Source of the DNA: the human T2T-CHM13v2.0 reference genome, Homo sapiens
Length of the DNA stretch: 64,000 bases
Strand: one strand, 5' to 3'
Assembly: GCF_009914755.1 (NCBI RefSeq)
Contig: NC_060926.1
The notes beneath the pieces are model-generated. The model was given only the letters and a program-made list of their open reading frames with translations, had not been told where the DNA came from and did no database searches. Of this stretch, positions 56,227-64,000 are shown one piece after another. Position numbers and translations under genes: made by a program. Within the stretch, counting starts at the first letter, position 1. Every line of letters begins with the position of its first letter.

Positions 56227-57789
56227 TGTGTTAGTCTGTTTTGCATTGCTTTAAAGAAATACCTGAGACTGGGTAGTTAATAAAGAGAACAGGTTTATTT
56301 GGCTTATGGTTATACAGGCTGTACAAGAAGCATGGTGCCAGCATCTGCTTCTAGTGAGAACCCCAGGAAGCTTTTACTCATGGTGGACAATGAAGGTGGA
56401 GCAAGTGCATCACATGGCAAGAGAGGAAGCAAGACAGAGAGGGGGAAGATGCCAAGCTCTTTTAACAATCAGATTATCGGGGGAACCAGCCCCCAATATT
56501 TCAAAGTCGGTTCTTTTTATTTTCCCTAAGTGTCAGCTGGTCAGAGAAATAAAGAGAAAAGGGTACAAAGAGAAGAATTTTACAGCTGGGCAGCCATGGG
56601 TAACATCACATATTGGTAGGTCCGTGATGCCCACCTGAACCACAAAACCAACAGGTTTTTATTAAGGACTTCAAAAGGGGAGGGGGTGTATGAACAGGGA
56701 GTAGGTCACAAAGATCACATGCTTCTGAGGCCAATAAAGATCATAAGGCAAAGGGCAAAGCAAAGATCACAAGGCAAAGGGTGAAATTAGAATTACTGAT
56801 GAGGGTCTATGTTCAGCTGTGCATGTATTGTCTTGATAAACATCGTAAACAACAGAAAACAGGGTTCGAGAGCAGAGAACTGGTCTGACCTCAAATTCAC
56901 CAGGGTGGGGTTTTTCCCCACCCTAGTGAGCCTGAGGGTACTGCAGGAGACCAGTGCATATTTCAGTCCTTATCTCAACCGCATAAGACAGACACTCCCA
57001 GAGTGGCCATTTATAGACCTCCCCCAAGGAATGCAATTCTTTTCCTAGGGTCTTTATATTATATTCCTTGCTAGGAAAAGAATTTAGTGATATCTCTCCT
57101 ACTTGCACGTCCGTTTATAGGCTCTCTGCAGGAAGAAAAATATGGCTGTATTCTGCCCAACCCCGCAGGGAGTCAGACCTTTGGTTGTCTTCCCTTGTTC
57201 CCTAAAATCACTATTATTCTGTTTGATTTCAAGGTGCACTGATTTCACATTGTTCAAACACCCATGTTTTACAATCAGATTTCATATTGTTCAAACACAC
57301 ATGTTCTACAATCAATTTGTACAACAGTGGTCCTGAGGTGACGTACATTCTCAGCTTATGAAGATAATAGGATTAAGAGATTAAAGTAAAGACAAGCATA
57401 AGAAATTATAAGAGTATTATTTGGGAACTGATAAATGTCCATGAAATCTTCACAATTTATGTTCAGAGATTGCAGTAAAGACAGGCGTAAGAAATTATAA
57501 AAGTATTAATTTTGGGAACTGATATACATCCATATTAAAATGAAATCTTCACAATTTATGTTCCTCTGCCGTGGCTCCAGCTGGTCCCTCCATTCTGGGT
57601 CCCTGACTTCCTGCAACATCAGATCTTGCATGAACTAATAGAGTGGGAACTCACTCATTACCACAGGGAGGGTGTCAAGCCATTCATGGAAAGATCCACC
57701 CCCATGATCCAAACATCTCCCAACAGGTCCCACCTCCAACATTGGGGATGACATTTCAACATGAGATTTGGAGAGGACAAATTATATCA
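56227..57789 (-). mobile_element. MST (MaLR, MSTB-like) solo LTR split by MER11
   Basis: tgtgttagtctgttttgcattgctttaaagaaatacctgagactggg...ccacccccatgatccaaaca...catgagatttggagaggacaaattatatca; flanks gagaa / gagac. Confidence 0.88.
56475..57618 (-). mobile_element. MER11 (HERV-K11/HML-8) solo LTR
   Basis: Ends gggtccctgacttcctgcaaca (reverse of the MER11 start); other end tatcgggggaaccagcccccaatattt; perfect 6-bp TSD tcagat (56469-56474, 57619-57624). Confidence 0.92.
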
Positions 57790-57966
57790 GAGACCTTCCC
57801 TAAACAGAAAGGATATGATAAAAGAAGGAACTTTGGAACATCAGAAAGGAAGGAAGGACAATGGAAAGAGAAAAAATATGGGTAAATATTATAGATATCA
57901 TAGACTTCACTTTTTCTTTTCCTGTTGAGACAATTTTATGTGTAGAAGGGTGAAGAAACTTAAAGA

Positions 57967-58235
57967 GGCTGGGTGTAATGATTACACCTGTAATCTCAGC
58001 ACTTTGGGAGGCCAAGGCAGGCAGACCACTTGAGCCCAAGTGAAACCCTGTCTCTACCAAAAATACAAAAATTAGCCAGACTTGGTGGCATATGCTTGTA
58101 GTCTCGGCTACTCAGGAAGCTGAAATGGAAAGATTGCTTGAGCCCAGGAGGTGGGGGTTGCCGTGAGCCAAGATTGTGTCACTGTACTCTAGCCTGGGTG
58201 ACAGAGTGAGACTGTTAAAAAAAATAATAATAAAA
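57967..58235 (+). mobile_element. AluJ-like with a left-arm deletion
   Basis: cacttgagcccaag joins tgaaaccctg; gattgcttgagcccaggag is J-type. Confidence 0.85.
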
Positions 58236-58302
58236 GGAAGAAAGAAACTTCAAAGGAGGCATGGCATGGTGTCTACACTCAAACTGGTAAATAGTCATAA
58301 GT

Positions 58303-58382
58303 TATATATACACATACATATATATACACACACTTATGTATATATGTACATATATATATACACATACACATGTACATATATA
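58303..58382. repeat. (TA)/(CA) low-complexity microsatellite
   Basis: Direct inspection. Confidence 0.85.
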
Positions 58383-58464
58383 AATGCCTATAGCTACTCC
58401 TAAAATTTTATTCAAAAAGATTCACTCAAATACACTATAAGTGAATCAAAATGGAATTCCATGG

Positions 58465-61400
58465 GGAAAGGCCACGGGGAGAAGAAAACTTCCAGATGAG
58501 CTTTGTAACAATTTTGACCAAATGTTAAGTGTCCTGGACAGAATCCAGGGGAGAAGGTGAACAGGGAGTGCAGATACAAGCACAAAAACTGCATCGGGGT
58601 AGGCCTAAAACCTGAAAGCCCTGCTTGCATTCTCAGCAGGGAGGCTTTTAGCCTGGAGCAAGTTCTCAGCTCTGCTCACCTCACCTGCTGCCTGGAAATA
58701 AGCTTGGTGCTGTTGGGGGAGCACTGTAGGAGTGACACTGGCCTTTTGGGTTGCATGGGAGCTGGGTGAGGCCTGTCACTGCCACCTTTCCCCCACTTCC
58801 CTGATGGCCTGTATGACTCAGAAAAGGCAGCCATAATCCCCCTTGTAACATAACTCCATCTGTCTGAGAACCACACCTTTATCCCCCACAGCAGCTGCAG
58901 CAAGCCCCACTTAAGAAGTGGCTGAACTCAGACACTCCTAACCCTTCCCACACCTCATGGTCTTTCTCCATGAACCTGGTAGCTGAAGACAAAGAACATA
59001 ATCTCTTGGGAGATCTATGGCCCTGCTCACTGCCTGAGAAACTTATCCAGGCAACCCTAGGGCAACCCTGTATCCTCCCTATGCTAATGCAATCGATGCT
59101 GTCTTGAAAGCAACACCTCCTGGCTGGGGACCAATAAACACAAAACTAGCACACTAAACAAAACTATAACCAAGGACTCTCACAGTCTACTTCACTCCAC
59201 TGCTACCTCCACCAGAGCAGGTGCTGGTATCCATGGCAGAGAGACCTGAAGACAGATCGCATTACACAACTCTTTGCCGACACTCCCCAGTACCATCCTA
59301 GAGACTGGTAGCCCCACAGGGTGGCTAGACCCAGAAGAGAAATAACAATCACTACAATTTGGCTCTTGGGAAGCCCTATCCCTAGGGGAAGGGGAAGAAC
59401 ACCACATCATGGGAGCACCCCATGGGACAAAAGATTCGAGCAATAGCCCTTGAGCCCCAGATCTTCCCTCTGACATAATATACCCAAATCTATCCAAATT
59501 AGAAGGAGCCAGAAAAACAATTCTGACAATATGACAAAACAAGGTTCTGTAACACCCCCAAAAGATCATACTAGCTCACCAGCAATGGATCCAAACCAAG
59601 AGGAAATCTCTGAATTGCCAGAAAAAAAAAATCAGAAGGTTAATTATTAAACTACTCAAGGAGGCACCAGAGAAAGGTGAACACAAACATAAAGAAATCA
59701 AAATATGTTACAGGATATGGATGGAAAAATCTCCACAGAAATAGACAGCATAAATAAAAAACAATCACAACTTCTGGAAATAAAGGACACACTTAGAGAA
59801 ATGCAAAATACACTGGAATGTGTCAGCAATTGAATAGAACAAGTAGGAGAAAGAACTTCAGACCTCGAAGACAAGGCTTTCAAATTAACCCAATCCAACA
59901 AAGACAAAGAAAAAAGTATTGTAAAAACTGAGCAAAGTCTCCATGAAGTTTGGGATTATGTTAAACAACCAAACCTAAGAATAATTGGTGTTTCCGAGGA
60001 AGAAGAGAGATCTAAAGGCTTGGAAAACATATTTGAGGGAATAATCGAGGAAAACTTCCCTGGACTTGCTAGAGATTAAGACATTCAAATACAAGAAGCT
60101 CAAAGAACACCCAGGAAATTCACTGCAAAAAGATCATTGCCTAAGCATATAGTCCAAGTAATCTAAAGTTAAAACAAAGAAAAGAATTTTAAGAACTGTG
60201 AGGAAAAAGCATTGGGTAACCTATAAAGGAAAACCTACCAGATCAACAGATTTCTCAGCAGAAACCCTACAAGCTAGAAGGCATTGAGTTCCTATCTTTA
60301 GCCTCCTTAAAGGAAGCAATTATCAGCCAAGAATTTTGTATCCAGCAAAACTAAGCTTCGTAAGTGAAGGAAAGATACAGTCTTTCCAGACAAACAAATG
60401 CTGAGAGAATTCAACACTGCCACACCAGCACCACAAGAACCTCTAAAAAGGCTCTAAATCTTGAAGCAAATTCTTGAAATACCCCAAAATTGAACTTCCT
60501 TAAGGGATAAATCTCACAGGACCTATAAAACAATAACAATGAAAACAACAACAACAATGTATCCAGGCAACAACTAGCACAATGAATAGAATACTACCTA
60601 CTTCTCAATACTAATGTTGAATGTAAATGTCCTAAATCTTCCACTTAAAAGATACAGAATGGCAGAATGGATAAGAATTCGCCCACCAAGTATCTGCTGT
60701 CTTCAATAGACTCACCTAACACATAAGAATTCACATAAGGTAAAGGTGTGCAAAAAGATATCCCATACAAACAGACACTAAAAACAAGCAGGAGTCGCTA
60801 TTCTTATATTTGACAACGCAGACTTTAAAGCAACGAGTTTAAAAAGACAAAGAGGGACATTATATAATGATAAAAGGACTAGTCCAAAAGACAAATATCA
60901 CAATCCTAAATATATTTGCACCTAACAATGGAGCCCCTAAATTTATAAAACAAGTACTACTAAACCTAAGAAATTAGACAGCAACACAATAATAGTGGGG
61001 GAATTCAATACTCCACTGACAGCACTAGACAGGTCATCAAGACAGAAAGTCAACAAAGAAACCATGGACTTAAACTATACCCTAGAACAAATGGACTTGA
61101 CAGATATTTACAGAACATTCTTTCCAACAACTGCAGAATATATATTCTATTCATCTATTCATCAGCAAATGGAACATTCTCCAAGATAGACCATATGATA
61201 GGCCACAAAAGAAGTCTCAATAAATTTACGAAACTCGAAATTATATCAAGTACTCTCTGACCACAGTGGAATAAAATCGGAAATCAACTTCAAAAGGAAC
61301 CCTCAAAACCCTGCAAAGGCATAGAAATTATATAACCTGCTCCTGAATGATCATTGGGTCAACAATGAAATCGATGGAAATTTTAAAAATTCTTTGAACT

Positions 61401-63336
61401 GAGCAATAATAGTGACACAATCTATCAAAACCTCTGAGATACAACAAAAGCAGGGCTAAGAAGAAAGTTCATAGCACTGGATGCCTACACCAAAAAGTCT
61501 GAAAGAGCACAAATAGATAATCTAAGATCACACCACAAGAAACTACAGAAACAAGAATAAAACAAACAAACAAAAACAATACAAAAGATAAATGAAACAA
61601 AAATCTGGTTCTTTGAAAAGATAAAATTGATAGACCATTAGCATAATTAACCAAGAAAAGAAGAGAGAAGATCCAAATAAGCTCAATTAGAAATGAAATG
61701 GAAGATATTACAACCAATACCACAGAAATACAAAAGGTCATTCAAAGTTACTGTGAGTAGCTTTATGTGCATAAACCAGAAAACCTAGAGGAGATGGGTA
61801 AATTCCTGGAGATATACAACCTTCCTAGATTAAACCAGGAAGAAATAGAAACTCTGAACAGACCAATAACAAGCAGCAAGATTGAAATAATAATTAAAAA
61901 TTACCAACAAATAAAAGTCCAGGACCAGATGGATTCACAGCTAAATTCTATCAGACATTCAAAGAAGAATTGATATTAATCCTATTGACACTATTCCAAA
62001 AGAAAGAGAAAGAGAGAATTCTTCCTAAATCATTCTATGAAGCCAGTATCACCCTAATACCAAAACCAGGGAAGGACATAACAAAAAAACAACAACAAAC
62101 AAAGAAAACTACAGACCAATATCCCTGATGAACATAGATGCAAAAAGTCTTAACAAAATACTAGCTAACTGAATTCAACAGTATATCAAAAAGATAATCC
62201 ACCATGATCAAGTGGGTTTCACACCAGGGATGCAGTGATGGTTTACTATACACAAGTCAATAAATGTGACATAACACATAAACAAAATTAAAAACAAAAA
62301 TCACATAATCATCTCAACACAGAGAAACACATTTGACAAAATTCAGCTTTCTTTATGATAAAGACCCTCAGCAAAATCAGCATACAAAGGACATACCTTA
62401 AGATAATAAAAGCCATGTATGACAAACCCACAGCCACATTATACTGAAGAAGGAAAAACTGAAAGCATTCCCCCCAAAAAACTGGAACAAGACAAGGATA
62501 CCCACTCTCACCACCTCAATTCGACATAGTATTGGAAGTCTAAGTCAAAGCAATCAGACAATAGAAGGAAATAAATGGCATCCAAATTATTAAAGAGGAA
62601 GTCAAACTGTTGCTGTTTGCTGATGATATGATCGTATACACAGAAAACCCTAAAGACTCATCCAAAAAGCTCCTAGAACTGATAAATGAATTCAGTAAAT
62701 TTTCAGGATACAAAATTAATGTACACAAATCACTAGCACTGCTATACACCAACAGCAACCAAGTTGAGAATCAAATCAAGAATTCAACTTCTTTTACAAT
62801 AGTGGCAAATTAATTAATTAATTAATTAATTTAGGAATATACCTAACCAGGCAGGTGAAAGACCTCCACAAGGAAAACTACAAAACACTGCTGAAATAAA
62901 TCATAGATGACATAAACAAATGAAACACATCTCATACTCATGGACAGATAGAATCAATATGGTAAAAATGACCATACTGCCATAAGCAATCTACAAATTG
63001 AATGCAATTCCCACCAAAATACCACTATCATTCTTCACAGAACTAGAAAAAACAATCCTAAAATTCATATAAAACCAATAAAGAGCCCATATAGCCAAAG
63101 CAAGACTGAGCAGAAATAACAAATCCAGAGGCCTCACATTACCCGACTTCAACCTATACTATAAGGCCATAGTCACCAGAACAGAATGGTACTGGTATAA
63201 AAATAGGCACATAGACAAATGGAAAAGAATAGATAACTCAGAAATAAAGTTAAATACTTATAGTCAACTGATCTTGGACAAAGCAAACACAAATGTAAAG
63301 CTGCGGAAAGGATACCAACGCGTGGATAAAGAAAAT

Positions 63337-63380
<44 letters not shown>

Positions 63381-63725
63381 ATGGAAATACTACTCAGCCA
63401 TAAAAAAGAATGAAACAATGGCATTAGCAGCAACCTGGATGGAATGGAAAACCAAATATCATGCATTCTCACTCATAAGTGGGATCTATGCTATGAGGAT
63501 GCAAAGGCATAAGAATGATGCAATAGACTCTGGGGACTCAGGAGAAAGGGTGGGAAGCAGGTGAAGGATAAAAGACTACACACTGGGTATAGTATACACT
63601 GCTTAGCTGTAGGGTGCACCAAAATCTCAGAAATCATGACTAGAAGAATTTATCCATGTAACCAAACACCATCTGTTCCCCAGAAACCTTTTGAAATAAA
63701 AAATAAAAATTAAAAAATAAAACAA
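58465..63725 (+). mobile_element. L1PB1-like LINE-1 (partial 5'UTR, ORF1, ORF2 with 3' deletion, 3'UTR), inactive
   Basis: ORF1 remnant about 59500-60490; ORF2 from ATG 60582 with GEFNTPLTALDRSS and LFADDMIVY; 3'UTR gctatgaggatgcaaaggcataagaatga...gggtgcaccaaaatctcagaaatca; A-rich tail. Confidence 0.92.
63339..63379. repeat. (CA)n microsatellite within L1PB
   Basis: Direct inspection. Confidence 0.9.
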
Positions 63726-63739
63726 ATAACACAGTTATA

Positions 63740-64000
63740 AGCATCTCTGTAAACATGTACAATTATATTTTGGGGGATATACTAAGTGGTATTGCTAGCT
63801 CAACATGCATGCAATTTTAAAAAGAGAATTACTTCTTATTGTAAAAACCATGCAGGTGGCTTTTGGAGGTGATGGATATGTTTATTACCTTGATCATGGT
63901 AATCCTATCATGAGTGCATGTATGTGTCCAAACTTATCAAATTGTATGCCTTAAACATATGCAGTTTTAAAATATGCAATTACACCTCAATAAAGCTGAT
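63740..64000 (+). mobile_element. Old L1M (L1MC/MD-like) 3' end
   Basis: ggaggtgatggatatgtttattaccttgat...aacttatcaaattgta...cctcaataaagctg. Confidence 0.75.

Larger units (their letters stand above)
54430..58460 (+). mobile_element. Old L1M 5' region/ORF1 remnant, host to MST, MER11 and AluJ
   Basis: gatgacacagatgttagaattatctgaaaagaattttaa...ccaaaagaaatccacaccaagacacataattaaacttctgaaaa ORF1-like remnants, continuing after 57790. Confidence 0.65.

Noticed and set aside
57240-57563. Spaced direct repeats resembling a CRISPR-like array
   Set aside because: Only two copies each, inside a MER11 LTR in a primate genome, with no cas genes.

Overview
This is primate genomic DNA, most likely human or great ape, judged from the AluY/S/J, L1PA/L1PB, THE1, MST, MLT2A and MER11 content. 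It is CpG-poor, has no CpG island and contains no recognisable cellular protein-coding exon or RNA gene, so it reads as intergenic or deep intronic. About half of it is transposon-derived. The main elements are a near-full-length L1PA7-like copy (22.7-28.4 kb), a long L1PB1-like copy with an internal deletion (58.5-63.7 kb), solo LTRs (THE1, MLT2A, and MER11 nested in MST), nine Alus, and many MIR/L2/CR1/old L1M and DNA-transposon fossils. The only ORFs with recognisable homology are decayed L1 ORF1/ORF2 pieces and fragments of a hAT (Charlie/Buster-type) transposase at about 33.8-35.9 kb. I found no supportable new biological system. The best observations are mechanistic: a probable L1 3' transduction with twin-priming inversion inside the THE1 LTR, re-use of one target site by an L1 and an Alu, a 313-nt polypurine repeat born inside an Alu TSD, and a repeat-poor candidate regulatory block at 13.4-17.3 kb. 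Subfamily calls come from remembered consensus sequences and need RepeatMasker/Dfam confirmation. Boundaries of old repeats are approximate.
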